Shown: positions 15,856-25,500, numbered from the stretch's first letter. The stretch: 25,500 nt of DNA from Candidatus Hydrogenedentota bacterium (GCA_045863335.1 BTVY01000067.1:1-25500), one strand, 5' to 3'. Notes: generated from the sequence alone by a model not told the origin. Numbers and translations: made by a program.

Positions 15856-16569
15856 GTGCAACAACTTACCGCCTCACTCCGGTCGCCGAATCTGACACGA
15901 ACCGTATGGGCCTTTGCCATCGTCACCGGGGTGGCGACCGCCACTATGCTTGTGGCGAAGTATCACGGCCTTCGGCAACTTGTCTGGTTCTCGACGATAC
16001 TCGCATCCACGGCCTATATGGGAATCGCACTGCTCGGAAAGCCGCATTTGACCAGGTACCACCTTTTTGTGTTTTTCGCCTTATCTTGCTGCTGGATAGG
16101 GGACGTGATCGGACCGAAGAACTTTGTATGGGGCCTGTATGCGTTCCTGGGGGCGCATCTATTCCTCATGGCGGGGTTCTGGTCTACCGGCCTCATATGG
16201 CGGGACTGCGCACTCGCGCTCCTGCCGATCGTTCCGATGGCGGGAATGCTGCTGGTGTGGATTCTGCCCCATGTTCCCGATGACGAACGCGCAGCCGTGG
16301 TAGTGTACACCGTAGTTATCTCGGCCATGGTTGTCGGCGCGTGGGGGGCTCGGCACGCCAATTCCTGGATTGTGCCGGCTGCGCTGATCTTCTACGTTTC
16401 CGACATCTTCGTCGCACGATGGCGCTACGGTGGCTCGGCCATCAACGGGTATTTGTGCTACCCCTTGTACTACACGTCCTGTGTGCTTTTCGCCATGAGC
16501 ATGTGGAGTATGCAATCGGTGGGGGTGCAACACGGGCAACCGAGAGAGGCGCAAGGTACTCCCATCTAG
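15856..16569 (+). CDS. YhhN / lysoplasmalogenase (TMEM86) family membrane protein
   Basis: Polytopic; WIGDVI, AFLGAHL, VVVYTVVISAM, ALIFYVSDIFVA and YPLYY match YhhN-family conserved positions. Confidence 0.8.
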   Translation: MQQLTASLRSPNLTRTVWAFAIVTGVATATMLVAKYHGLRQLVWFSTILASTAYMGIALLGKPHLTRYHLFVFFALSCCWIGDVIGPKNFVWGLYAFLGAHLFLMAGFWSTGLIWRDCALALLPIVPMAGMLLVWILPHVPDDERAAVVVYTVVISAMVVGAWGARHANSWIVPAALIFYVSDIFVARWRYGGSAINGYLCYPLYYTSCVLFAMSMWSMQSVGVQHGQPREAQGTPI

Positions 16570-16607
16570 ATTCCATAGCGCACCCCACGCAGCCCATGCC
16601 AAGCCAG

Positions 16608-17711
16608 CTATCCGCGTAACCGCTCCAAGATATCCAACCCCTGCAAGATGGTCGCCTCCTCCGCGGCGAAGCTGATCCGGAAATGGGAGGATCGTTCACT
16701 GAACACCGAGCCCGGAATGATGAGCAATGAGTTTTCAATCGCTTTCCTAACAAACGCGTCCCCATCTTCTCCCGGCGCCTCGGGGAAAATGTAAAACGCA
16801 CCGCCAGGCTTTGTGACGGAAAACCCCCGGTCCACCAGACCCTGGTAGATGAGGTCCCGCTTCGTCCGATACGCGTCGATCCGGGGCGAGTGGTCCATCT
16901 CGAGAGCCTTTACCGCCGCCTTCTGTGCGAAGGAGGGTGCGCACACAAAGGTGTATTGCTGCAGGGTATTCATTTCGTTCAGCAGGTCTTTCGGCCCTGC
17001 GGCGAATCCCACGCGCCACCCGGTCATGGCGGCCATCTTCGAGAAACCATTGAGCACAACCGTGTTTTCGTATAGCCCCGCCATCGTCGCTGGGGGTCCG
17101 TCGTAGTGGAACTGATCGTAGATGTCGTCGCTGATAACAAGCAGGTTGTGTTTGCGCGCGACATCCGCGAGGTCCTTCATTTCCTCACGTGTCAACGTAA
17201 CGCCCGTGGGGTTGGAGGGCGAGTTCACGATCAAGAGCTTGGATTTTGGCGTGATGACGCGTTCCACAGCTTCGGCTGTCAGCTTGAAATCCGGATAGGT
17301 ATCCACCATACGGCACACGCCGCCGATGAGGTTGGTGAGGTGCTTGTACATCACGAAGTAGGGGTCCGCAAAGATCACTTCGTCGCCCGGGTTGACCGTT
17401 GCGAGCAAAGCGAGAAACAAGCCGCCCGAGACACCGGACGTGATCATCACGTTTTCGATGCCCGTTCCAAACCGCCGTTCATAGTATTGCGACGCGGCTT
17501 CGCGAAGCTCGTCGATTCCCCAGGTCTGCGTGTATTTGTTGAATCCACCGCGGATCTGTTCGATCGCCACCTCTTTAATGGCGTCGTCCACATCAAAATC
17601 CGGCTGGCCAATACTGAGATTAACCGGATTCTCCAGCGTAGCCGCCAATGCAAACACCTTGCGGATGCCGCTCGAGTCAATTTTGTTCATCCGATCCGCG
17701 CGAAAACTCAT
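16608..17711 (-). CDS. PLP-dependent aminotransferase class I/II (aspartate aminotransferase-like)
   Basis: NLSIGQPDF, NSPSNPTG, ISDDIY, GFSKMAAMTGWRVG (PLP lysine), PGGAFY, HFRISF; strong AGGAGG SD. Confidence 0.93.
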   Translation of the reverse strand: MSFRADRMNKIDSSGIRKVFALAATLENPVNLSIGQPDFDVDDAIKEVAIEQIRGGFNKYTQTWGIDELREAASQYYERRFGTGIENVMITSGVSGGLFLALLATVNPGDEVIFADPYFVMYKHLTNLIGGVCRMVDTYPDFKLTAEAVERVITPKSKLLIVNSPSNPTGVTLTREEMKDLADVARKHNLLVISDDIYDQFHYDGPPATMAGLYENTVVLNGFSKMAAMTGWRVGFAAGPKDLLNEMNTLQQYTFVCAPSFAQKAAVKALEMDHSPRIDAYRTKRDLIYQGLVDRGFSVTKPGGAFYIFPEAPGEDGDAFVRKAIENSLLIIPGSVFSERSSHFRISFAAEEATILQGLDILERLRG

Positions 17712-17792
17712 GCAAACCTCCTTACCGGTACTCTCAACGCATGCATACGCGCAGATCCTAGCACAAAAGATATTGTTGACTCAGGCCGGTGG

Positions 17793-18692
17793 TCATGCGA
17801 TGTAGTCCTCAAACCGAAAACCATCAAGAGGTCCCTCGAAGAAGATGAGCTTGCCATGAATCGTATGCGTCGCGCCCGGCTCGAGATCGGGGAAGTGTGG
17901 GTCCGCGTGCATGCAGGGGTGATTTCCGTTGGAAACCATGGATAGGGTGGCGTCAAACCACGTCATGGCCATGAGCCGCTCGGCTTCGTTGGATGTGGTC
18001 ACCATCACTGGCAGGTCGGCTTTTCCATTGTGTGACCGCCAACCGACACCATAGGCGCCCCGGTCCGCGGGAGCTTCGGCCGCCTCGGGATAGGTTTGCC
18101 ACCCTTTGCCGGGTACATGGACGAACTTGTTGTCACGCGTATAATCCGCAAACTCCTTCGCGGCTCGAAGAAACGCACAGGTTTGCAGAGTGATGTTCCG
18201 GAGCGGTTGTTCGCTGCCGTTTCGGAGGTGCAGTTCCAGGTCCACGGTGATTTCCGAACCTCGGGAAACCTTCCCGCCGAAAACGACTCCGTCCGGCAGC
18301 GATCGCTCAAAGGAAATCCCGTCTTCGTCCACCCGCCAGGGAACGGCCGGCCAACTCTCGTAAAGGGCCGGCGCGTCGGGATTCACATGGCTCAGGTAGA
18401 GGAGACCCCGGTCCGTGAAGATTGCCTCGGGAAAATCCAGCCAGATGTAGTCCTGGCTTGGCCACGACGGGCTCACCCACGCGATATGTTCCCACGGGTA
18501 GTGCGGACGCCATTGCCCCGGCAGGATTCGAATCCCCTTCGCGATTGTCGCGTACGTTTCCTTCGCTTCGGCAGCGCTGGCCCGCATGCGCGAGATGCCC
18601 GCAACCCCCGAGGCCGATGCCGCCGCAATTCGCAAAAGGAACTCTCGCCTGCGCAAGACCGGTGCTGATGTAACCGTCTGTACATTTCGCAT
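17793..18692 (-). CDS. Tat-exported hypothetical protein
   Basis: Twin-arginine signal LRRREFLL...ASA; Trp/His-rich, beta-rich mature part (WLDFPEAIF, HPCMHADP); GGAGG upstream. Confidence 0.7.
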   Translation of the reverse strand: MRNVQTVTSAPVLRRREFLLRIAAASASGVAGISRMRASAAEAKETYATIAKGIRILPGQWRPHYPWEHIAWVSPSWPSQDYIWLDFPEAIFTDRGLLYLSHVNPDAPALYESWPAVPWRVDEDGISFERSLPDGVVFGGKVSRGSEITVDLELHLRNGSEQPLRNITLQTCAFLRAAKEFADYTRDNKFVHVPGKGWQTYPEAAEAPADRGAYGVGWRSHNGKADLPVMVTTSNEAERLMAMTWFDATLSMVSNGNHPCMHADPHFPDLEPGATHTIHGKLIFFEGPLDGFRFEDYIA

Positions 18693-18853
18693 ACCTAATC
18701 CTCCAAAGATCGCCGCATCGAGAAGTACGCTAGCAAAGAGTATAAGCCCTGCGCCCGCAATGTCGGAAAGGCGACGACCATTTTCGGAATTGAAAGTGCC
18801 CGGTACCAGTGTTAGGCTCCGTCGGCACTCGGTGGTAAGGAAGGAGTATTCGC

Positions 18854-20149
18854 ATGAAGTTGCAATGGCACTTGCCTGGCCAATGGGTGACGATTGCCCT
18901 GACCGGTTCGTTGATTGTCATCGCGGCTGCCTGTTCCGGCGAGCGAGAGATCCATCCCGGCGAACTCACCTATTGGCGCACACTAACCGGCGCTGCCGGG
19001 GACGCCCAGGATGCGCTGGTCGAACGCTTTAACGCTGAGCATCCGGACATTACGGTCCGTTCCGAGTTCCAGGGGAGCTATTCCGATCTCTCGACAAAAC
19101 TTGTTGCCGCGGCTGTTGCAAGAACCGGACCGCAAGTCACGCAGCTTGGCACGTTCGAGATTCGCGAATTTGCCCGCTCCGGCGTGCTTCTCGACCTCGG
19201 ACCGATGATCGATGGGGAAGAGGGGATCGACACGAGCGGATGGCCAGCCGATCTCATCAACGCCGGGCAGGTCGACGGCGGAACCTACTGGCTCCCTTTC
19301 AACGTGGCGGTGCCGGTTTTGTACTACAACCAGGACGCGTTTCAGGAGGCTGGACTCGACGCCCCACCCAAGACGTGGGACGAGTTCTTTTCCAGTGTCC
19401 GCGCCGTCACAAAGCGCAGCGGCGACGGCACCGTGAACCGGCACGGCCTTGCCCTTTGGAACATCACCTGGCCCCTGATTTCGATGATTTGGTCGGAAGG
19501 CGGAGAGCTGACCAACGCCGACTATTCGAACATCACCCTGAACGATCCCGTTGTGGTGAGCCTCCTGACGCAACTGCAGGCTTTAGTGCAGGAAGGCGCC
19601 GCCATCCTGCCAGACAAAGCTTCCGGGGGCCAGCGCACCGCCTTCCTGTCCGGTAGAGCCGCGATGATCCTCGACTCTCAGGATGCCTTCAGCGAGGTAT
19701 TCGACGAATCGCACGGCTTCACGCCCGCCCTTGCGAAATATCCCGCCGGCGCGAAGGGAAAAGTCTACGCTCCGGGAGGAGGCGGATTGGCCATGCTCGC
19801 GTCTACGCCGGACGCCCAACGCGCAAACGCATGGTCCTTCATTCGGTACATGCTTTCCCCCGAGAGCATCGCCTATTACGCGCGCGAAAGCGGGTACTGC
19901 GCCTTCACCGAGGTGTCCCAAAACGCCGCGGGCGACCTCCTCGACGATCCTCGCTACGCCACGATCCACGAAGCGGTGCCGTATCTTCGCGGGGATTTTT
20001 CCGTTAACATGTCCCCAGCGGTTCGAACGGCGTTCGATGAAGCCTTCCAGAAGATCCTGGTGGAAGGCGCGGACGTTCAGGAAACGCTCGACGCAGCCGA
20101 TGCCAAAGCCGAACGCGATGTCCAGAAAGAACGCTCCGCGTCGCGCTAG
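18854..20149 (+). CDS. ABC transporter substrate-binding lipoprotein (CUT1, UgpB-like)
   Basis: Lipobox IAAAC; LVERFNAEHPDITV, LPFNVAVPVLYYNQDAF, PPKTWDE, AWSFIRY; SD AAGGAG. Confidence 0.9.
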   Translation: MKLQWHLPGQWVTIALTGSLIVIAAACSGEREIHPGELTYWRTLTGAAGDAQDALVERFNAEHPDITVRSEFQGSYSDLSTKLVAAAVARTGPQVTQLGTFEIREFARSGVLLDLGPMIDGEEGIDTSGWPADLINAGQVDGGTYWLPFNVAVPVLYYNQDAFQEAGLDAPPKTWDEFFSSVRAVTKRSGDGTVNRHGLALWNITWPLISMIWSEGGELTNADYSNITLNDPVVVSLLTQLQALVQEGAAILPDKASGGQRTAFLSGRAAMILDSQDAFSEVFDESHGFTPALAKYPAGAKGKVYAPGGGGLAMLASTPDAQRANAWSFIRYMLSPESIAYYARESGYCAFTEVSQNAAGDLLDDPRYATIHEAVPYLRGDFSVNMSPAVRTAFDEAFQKILVEGADVQETLDAADAKAERDVQKERSASR

Positions 20150-20172
20150 TTCCGAGTCGAAAGCAGCAAATC

Positions 20173-21093
20173 GTGGCACGCACAACACCAGACCGCATGA
20201 CCCGGGCCATCCGCCGTCACTGGCGCGAATGGTTGACCTTTCTGGCGTTCGTCACGCCCAATTTCGCCCTCTTTATCGCCTTCACCTATTGGCCCATCGT
20301 GCACACGGTCTACCTGAGCTTTCACCAATGGAACTTGCTGGCGCCCGAACCGGAATGGGTCGGCTTGGCAAATTATGTAGACCTGCTCGGAGGCGCGGAA
20401 TTCTGGCGCGTCACGTTCAACACCATCGCCTACGCGGTAGTCGTCGTCGTGGTCGCCCAAACCTGCGCGTTTCTGCTGGCCATCCTGCTCAACGCCCCCC
20501 TTCGCGGGCGCGCCCTCTTTCGAACCATTGCCTTTCTGCCCCATGTCACCGCCACGGCCGCCGCCGCGCTGGTCTGGGTCGTCCTGCTTCACCCGCGATT
20601 CGGACCCCTCGCGTCCGCATACAGCGCCCTGGGCGTGGAGGGTCCAAACTTCCTGTCAAGCACCGTTCTGGCTTTGGTGGCCGTTATGGCTGTTGGCATT
20701 TGGCGCGAGATTGGATTTGCCACGCTGTTCTTTCTCGCCGGGCTTCAGAGTCTGCCCACGGAGACCTATGAATCCGCCGCCATTGACGGCGCTCCCCCCT
20801 GGACGCGGGTCCGGCACATCACGGTCCCTTTATTGAGTCCGGTGATCTTCTTCTTGCTCGTATCCGGCTTCATTGCCGCACTCAAAGCCTTTGACCTTGT
20901 CGCCATCATGACCGAGGGCGGACCGGTCTACCCTTCGTCCAGCGTGTACGTCTACCATTTGTACAAGCTCGCTTTCCGTGATTTTCAATCCGGGGTTGCA
21001 TCCGCCTTCGCCATCATCTTTTTCGCAGCGACGGTCGTCTTTACGGCCATCCAATTCCGCGCGGCCGCGCGCTGGGTGCACTATGAAAACTGA
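20173..21093 (+). CDS. carbohydrate ABC transporter permease (UgpA/MalF-like)
   Basis: WVGLANY and EAA loop LAGLQSLPTETYESAAIDGA, then ITVPLLSP, MTEGGP. Confidence 0.92.
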   Translation: MARTTPDRMTRAIRRHWREWLTFLAFVTPNFALFIAFTYWPIVHTVYLSFHQWNLLAPEPEWVGLANYVDLLGGAEFWRVTFNTIAYAVVVVVVAQTCAFLLAILLNAPLRGRALFRTIAFLPHVTATAAAALVWVVLLHPRFGPLASAYSALGVEGPNFLSSTVLALVAVMAVGIWREIGFATLFFLAGLQSLPTETYESAAIDGAPPWTRVRHITVPLLSPVIFFLLVSGFIAALKAFDLVAIMTEGGPVYPSSSVYVYHLYKLAFRDFQSGVASAFAIIFFAATVVFTAIQFRAAARWVHYEN

Positions 21094-21098
21094 CGCCC

Positions 21099-21950
21099 AT
21101 GACTAGGCCCCATTCCACACCGCGCGGGTACGTCGCCCGATTCCTCTGGTATGCGGCGACGGTCCTTGCCTGTGGCGTCCTCGGCCTGCCCTTTTTCTGG
21201 ATGCTCATGACGTCACTGAAGACGAACGGGGAGGTCAGCGCCTACCCGCCGCCTTGGTTCCCCGCGTCCCCGGTGTGGGAGAACTACGTGAAAGCCTGGA
21301 ACGCCGCGCCCTTCGAATGGTTTTACTTCAACAGTCTGTTCACGGGCGTTGCTACCACGTTGCTGCAGGTTGTCTTTGCCGCGCTCATGGCCTACGCCTT
21401 TGCCTGCATTCGGTTTCCCGGAAAACAGGTGCTGCTCATACTCGTCCTCTCAACCATGATGATCCCGGATGAGATGAAGCTGGTGCCCAACTATCTGCTC
21501 CTCGACAAGTTCGGTTGGATCGATACCTACTGGGCGCTTATCGTACCGCCTATCGCCTACGCCTTCCCCGTGTTTGTGTTGTACCAGCACTTCCGAACCA
21601 TACCGCATCCCCTGTTCGATGCGGCCACTGTCGACGGCGCGGGCCACTTCCGAACCGCCTGGCAGATCGTCATGCCCTTGAGCCGGCCGCTCGTTGTTGC
21701 GGTTACCTTGGTCTGCTTCCTGGGGCGGTGGAACGATTATTTGTGGCCCCTCGTCGTGACCAATTCCGAGCGGATGCGAACCCTGCCCATCGGCCTCGCC
21801 TACCTCAAGAAAGAGGCCGAGGAAGGCGCAACCCCTTGGAATCACATGATGGCGGCTACGATCTTCGTTGTGATTCCCATCGTAATTCTGTACAGTATCC
21901 TTCAGAAGCAGTTTGTGGCCGGCATCACCAAGGGTGCCGTGAAAGGTTAA
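21099..21950 (+). CDS. carbohydrate ABC transporter permease (UgpE/MalG-like)
   Basis: PFFWMLMTSLKT, WENY, IPHPLFDAATVDGA, WNDYLWPL, RTLPIGL, QKQFVAGITKGAVKG. Confidence 0.92.
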   Translation: MTRPHSTPRGYVARFLWYAATVLACGVLGLPFFWMLMTSLKTNGEVSAYPPPWFPASPVWENYVKAWNAAPFEWFYFNSLFTGVATTLLQVVFAALMAYAFACIRFPGKQVLLILVLSTMMIPDEMKLVPNYLLLDKFGWIDTYWALIVPPIAYAFPVFVLYQHFRTIPHPLFDAATVDGAGHFRTAWQIVMPLSRPLVVAVTLVCFLGRWNDYLWPLVVTNSERMRTLPIGLAYLKKEAEEGATPWNHMMAATIFVVIPIVILYSILQKQFVAGITKGAVKG

Positions 21951-21991
21951 AGTCTCCCGCCGCTAGGAAGGATCTGCGCGCCGTGTATGCC

Positions 21992-22558
21992 ATGCGGTTT
22001 CTCAAAGGTTTTTTCGAGGCGCCAAACCGTGTCGGTTCGATCGTACCGAGTTCCCGTGAACTGGCATCCGTGGTGGTGCAATCCGCCAAGGTCCCGGAGG
22101 CCCGTACGGTCGTCGAGTTCGGACCGGGCACCGGGGCGATTACCGAGCGTCTGCTTGATGTGCTCCATCCCGAGGCCAAGCTCATCGCCATGGAAATCAA
22201 CCCTGATTTCGTCGAGGTATTGAAGAAACGCTTTCCTGCCTTGATGGTCTTTAATGACTCCGCCGCCAAGACACCCGAATACCTCTCCAAGGTGGGGGAG
22301 ACCTGTTGCGACAGCATCGTTTCGGGATTGCCCTGGACGGTTTTCAGCGATGAGTTGCAGGATGAACTGTTGGACGCGGCGGTCGCGTCGCTGCGCCCCG
22401 GCGGCACCTTTGCCACCTATACGTACATCCATAGTCCGGCGATTCCATCGGGCAAGAAATTCCGGCACAAACTGACGGAGCGTTTCAGCCGCACGGGCGA
22501 GACGAATATCGTGTGGAAAAATGTCCCGCCTGCTATCGTTCTCTGGGCAGAGAAGTAG
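21992..22558 (+). CDS. SAM-dependent methyltransferase, phospholipid N-methyltransferase (PmtA, rRNA-dimethylase-like type)
   Basis: In-frame ATG at 21992 inside track ORF 21515. Motifs VGSIVPSSRELA, VVEFGPGTGAIT, IVSGLPW, LRPGG, VWKNVPPA. Confidence 0.82.
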   Translation: MRFLKGFFEAPNRVGSIVPSSRELASVVVQSAKVPEARTVVEFGPGTGAITERLLDVLHPEAKLIAMEINPDFVEVLKKRFPALMVFNDSAAKTPEYLSKVGETCCDSIVSGLPWTVFSDELQDELLDAAVASLRPGGTFATYTYIHSPAIPSGKKFRHKLTERFSRTGETNIVWKNVPPAIVLWAEK

Positions 22559-22601
22559 GGCCCGAGTGTCGCAATAGCAAAACAACCTTTTCCGGGGAAA
22601 C

Positions 22602-23249
22602 ATGTCGCGTCAGGCACTCATGATATACGGCGGTTGGGATGGCCACGAGCCGGAGCTTTGCGTGGCCCGTTTTGCGCCTGTACTCGAACGTGAAGGGTTT
22701 GCCGTTACCGTCACGAACTCGCTCGACGCGTTTCTGGATAAACAAGCGCTTTCCAAGACCGACCTCATTGTGCCTTGTTGGACCATGGGAGCCATTACGA
22801 CGGAACAGGTCTCGGCGCTCCTGGATGCGGTGCGTTCCGGTACGGGGATTGCCGGATGGCATGGCGGCATGTGTGACGCGTTTCGGGAGAACACCGACTA
22901 CCAGTTCATGACCGGCGGACAATTCGTCGCCCATCCAGGTGGCATTATCGATTACACCGTCAACATCGTGAGGCCTCACGACCCCATCGTCGAAGGCTTG
23001 AGCGATTTCGCCATGCACACCGAGCAGTATTACATGCACGTAGACCCCTCGAACGACGTGCTCGCCACAACCGAAATCTCCGGTATTGACGCACCGTGGG
23101 CAAAAGGCTGCATCATGCCTGTAGTCTGGAAACGCAGGTATGGCGCGGGCCGCGTGTTCTACTCCGCTCTCGGTCATGTGGCCGCCGATTTCGAGGTGCC
23201 CGAATGCGCGGAGATCATGCGGCGCGGCATTCTGTGGGCGTCCCGCTAG
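22602..23249 (+). CDS. ThuA-domain (class I glutamine amidotransferase-like) protein
   Basis: [45 protein letters not shown]. Confidence 0.88.
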   Translation: MSRQALMIYGGWDGHEPELCVARFAPVLEREGFAVTVTNSLDAFLDKQALSKTDLIVPCWTMGAITTEQVSALLDAVRSGTGIAGWHGGMCDAFRENTDYQFMTGGQFVAHPGGIIDYTVNIVRPHDPIVEGLSDFAMHTEQYYMHVDPSNDVLATTEISGIDAPWAKGCIMPVVWKRRYGAGRVFYSALGHVAADFEVPECAEIMRRGILWASR

Positions 23250-23262
23250 GAGAACGTCAAAG

Positions 23263-24366
23263 GTGGAACCGGTCAAGTGTGGAATCGTCGGCTGCGGAAA
23301 CATTTGCGATATCTACTTCAAGGCGGGCAAGCGCTTCGAGAGTATTGAGATTGTCGCCTGTGCGGATCTCATCAAGGACCGGGCCAAAGCCAAAGCTCGG
23401 GAACACGGAATTGCCAAGGCCCTGCCCGTCGAAACGTTGATTGCCGATCCTGATGTCGAAATTGTCATCAACCTGACGGTGCCGTCCGCGCACGGCGAAA
23501 TCGCCCTGGCCGCGCTCGAAGCAGGGAAGTCGATCTACAACGAAAAGCCGATCGCCATCGACCGCGACCAGGCGGCCCGCATACTCGCCTTGGCGGAAGA
23601 GAAGAAGCTACGCGTCGGCTGTGCGCCGGATACCTTCCTCGGCGCAGCAATCCAAACGTGCCGGAAGGTCATCGACGACGGCTGGATTGGCGAACCCGTC
23701 GCGGCCACCGCATTCATGATGGGCCACGGCCACGAACACTGGCATCCAAATCCCGAGTTCTTTTATCAACCCGGTGGCGGTCCCATGTTCGACATGGGTC
23801 CCTACTACCTGACCGCTCTGTGTGCCCTCATCGGACCCGTCCGTCGCGTCGGCGCATCAACGCGAATCTCGTTCCCCGAGCGCCTTATCACGAGTCAACC
23901 GTACCGTGGCGCTCGCGTGAAAGTCACAACGCCAACCCATCTCGCCGGGATCGTCGACTTTCACAACAGGGCCATCGGCACCATCATCATGAGTTTTGAC
24001 GTATGGGGCCATCATCTGCCACATATCGAGATCCACGGTACCGAGGGATCCATGTCGGTTCCCGACCCCAATTGTTTCGGCGGCTCGGTGATGGTGAAAC
24101 GCGGACACGACGGGGAATGGAAAGAGATGCCCCATACGCACGGCTACGCGGACAACAGCCGGGGTCTTGGCGTGGCCGATATGGCGTGTTCTCTGCGATC
24201 AGGCCGTGCCCACCGCGCAAATGGCGAACTGGCGAGTCACGTACTCGACATCATGCACTGCTTCAACGAATCATCCACTTCGGGTCGTCACGTCGAAACA
24301 CTACGGCCCTGCCCGCGGCCGGAGCCGCTTCCCCTGGGCCTGCCGGATGGAAAACTCGATCCCTGA
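23263..24366 (+). CDS. Gfo/Idh/MocA family NAD(P)-dependent oxidoreductase
   Basis: GTG 23263 after AGGAG; GIVGCGNI Rossmann motif, NEKP, APDTFLG, GGGPMFDMGPYY. Confidence 0.92.
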   Translation: MEPVKCGIVGCGNICDIYFKAGKRFESIEIVACADLIKDRAKAKAREHGIAKALPVETLIADPDVEIVINLTVPSAHGEIALAALEAGKSIYNEKPIAIDRDQAARILALAEEKKLRVGCAPDTFLGAAIQTCRKVIDDGWIGEPVAATAFMMGHGHEHWHPNPEFFYQPGGGPMFDMGPYYLTALCALIGPVRRVGASTRISFPERLITSQPYRGARVKVTTPTHLAGIVDFHNRAIGTIIMSFDVWGHHLPHIEIHGTEGSMSVPDPNCFGGSVMVKRGHDGEWKEMPHTHGYADNSRGLGVADMACSLRSGRAHRANGELASHVLDIMHCFNESSTSGRHVETLRPCPRPEPLPLGLPDGKLDP

Positions 24367-24374
24367 ACCGTTCT

Positions 24375-24647
24375 TTACGCGATCAGCCGAACCGGCGCAG
24401 TTCCGTCGCCCCGCGTCTGTACGCCTTGCGCAGGCGGAGGCTCGGGGGCCGGCACACGGTTCTGCGAAGCGTTCATAAAGTCGAACAGGAATGCCAGAGC
24501 CACCAGCACGGCCGCGACTAGAAATGCGGCCCCAATCAGTCCGATGAAGAGATTCCGCAGCCGCTTCTCACGAGCGAAATCGATGTTGTAAGGGTTTGCG
24601 GGATCAAGGGCTGCATTGGATCCCGGCTTGGGCACGTCCTCATTCAT
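24375..24647 (-). CDS. small single-pass membrane hypothetical protein
   Basis: ATG at 24647 (MNEDVPKPG...) with GGAAGGA upstream; REKRLRN then a TM helix LFIGLIGAAFLVAAVLVALAFLF and a Pro-rich tail. Confidence 0.6.
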   Translation of the reverse strand: MNEDVPKPGSNAALDPANPYNIDFAREKRLRNLFIGLIGAAFLVAAVLVALAFLFDFMNASQNRVPAPEPPPAQGVQTRGDGTAPVRLIA

Positions 24648-24669
24648 ACTGCTACTTACGTCCTTCCAA

Positions 24670-25278
24670 TCAGATCCGATTTCGAATCCGGACAAATCCG
24701 GACACGGTCTTCGCCAACAACAATGCCGTGCACGCCCAAAGGACCCAATTCAAGGTGCCCGGCAACCAATAGTTCTCGACGCCGATCCACGCGTACACAA
24801 GGAATCGTGGACGGAACAACCAGGAATAGGGCACGTTCAGCGCGTTGCGCGCCATCGCAAAGAGAACCACGACCGTGTACGCCACGATGTACAAGGCCCC
24901 GGCAAAGACATCCGCATCCTGCGTGTACATTAATGTGAGCGTCGACGCGGCAATTACCGTCTGGTCGGCCATGCTGTCCGTAAACGAACCGCTTCGTGAC
25001 GCGACTCCCAGGTGTCTGGCCAGTGGCCCGTCCAGTCCGTCCAGCAGAACGTGCAGCAACAGTGCCACCATCGCCCACGGCACCGCGAACAGATACAATG
25101 GACAAAACGCCAGTCCCGCAAGCAACGACAGCACCGTCAGATGATCCGGCCGCAACCGCGCGCGCGCCATCCCGTGCAACAACGGCCGAAGCGCCTCGCC
25201 ACGGACCTGTTGCGTGTACTCCATCCACCGCCGCTCGCCGCCGGAATAGCAGTCCGCCTTCTGATCCTTCGCCGCCAT
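24670..25278 (-). CDS. CDP-alcohol phosphatidyltransferase family protein
   Basis: Signature DGLDGPLARHLGVASRSGSFTDSMAD; PDHLT; multiple TM helices; ATG 25278 preceded by GGGAG. Confidence 0.9.
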   Translation of the reverse strand: MAAKDQKADCYSGGERRWMEYTQQVRGEALRPLLHGMARARLRPDHLTVLSLLAGLAFCPLYLFAVPWAMVALLLHVLLDGLDGPLARHLGVASRSGSFTDSMADQTVIAASTLTLMYTQDADVFAGALYIVAYTVVVLFAMARNALNVPYSWLFRPRFLVYAWIGVENYWLPGTLNWVLWACTALLLAKTVSGFVRIRNRI

Positions 25279-25500
25279 GAGACGCTCCCGACTGCGGGTA
25301 CTATAGGGATTTGGGGAGTCCGGCGCAATCGGCGTACAACTAATATCACCGCGCGAACACTGCGCAAGTAGCAATAGTCAAACGAATCCTAACGAAGTCT
25401 TCGTCACCTCGAAGAGTCGAAAGCGACCCCAGATTTGAAATCTCAGATCACTGGTGTCCGGTTAAGATTCTGGTGTTACGTTGTAAAGCATTGCGAGGCT

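Noticed and set aside
21515-21991. N-terminal 159 aa of the 347-aa track ORF
   Set aside because: It overlaps the permease in another frame; the methyltransferase-like sequence begins at ATG 21992.
23140-23262. N-terminal extension of the oxidoreductase ORF
   Set aside because: It overlaps the ThuA gene; the SD and Rossmann motif point to GTG 23263.
25431-25443. Short palindrome AGATTT-G-AAATCT near the window end
   Set aside because: Too short and its context is cut by the window edge, so no function can be supported.
1-25500. tRNA, rRNA, transposase, integrase or phage genes
   Set aside because: None recognised by eye on either strand; a tRNAscan-SE or Infernal run would be needed to exclude small RNAs formally.

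Overview
A GC-rich bacterial chromosomal window. The gene mix (secreted glycosidases, a ceramidase-like protein, ThuA and Gfo/Idh/MocA proteins) resembles PVC-group or Hydrogenedentes-type heterotrophs, but taxonomy is only an impression. It holds about 24 CDSs: an M50-like peptidase, a ceramidase-like protein, a three-domain secreted GH29 fucosidase, a nucleoside phosphorylase-like protein, a vapBC pair with a clear promoter/operator, a transglutaminase-like protein, a GH42-like glycosidase, a polyprenyl synthase, an ankyrin protein, a YhhN protein, a PLP aminotransferase, a Tat substrate, a CUT1 ABC transporter with no ATPase, a PmtA-like methyltransferase, ThuA, an oxidoreductase and a CDP-alcohol phosphotransferase. 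A short tandem array of CGTC-type REP palindromes lies at 2662-2867. The most unusual part is 9470-11270, which holds two modules of nearly identical geometry. Each has a 17-bp enhancer-like box 125 bp upstream of a sigma-54 -24/-12 promoter, a second box about 160 bp downstream, and 98 bp later an RKY-D-x6-LP[IV]xIxIL membrane-anchor coding motif. Module 1 leads into an HExxH metalloprotease-like ORF. Module 2 encodes a 44-aa membrane peptide missing from the ORF track. All calls were made by eye; no searches were run.
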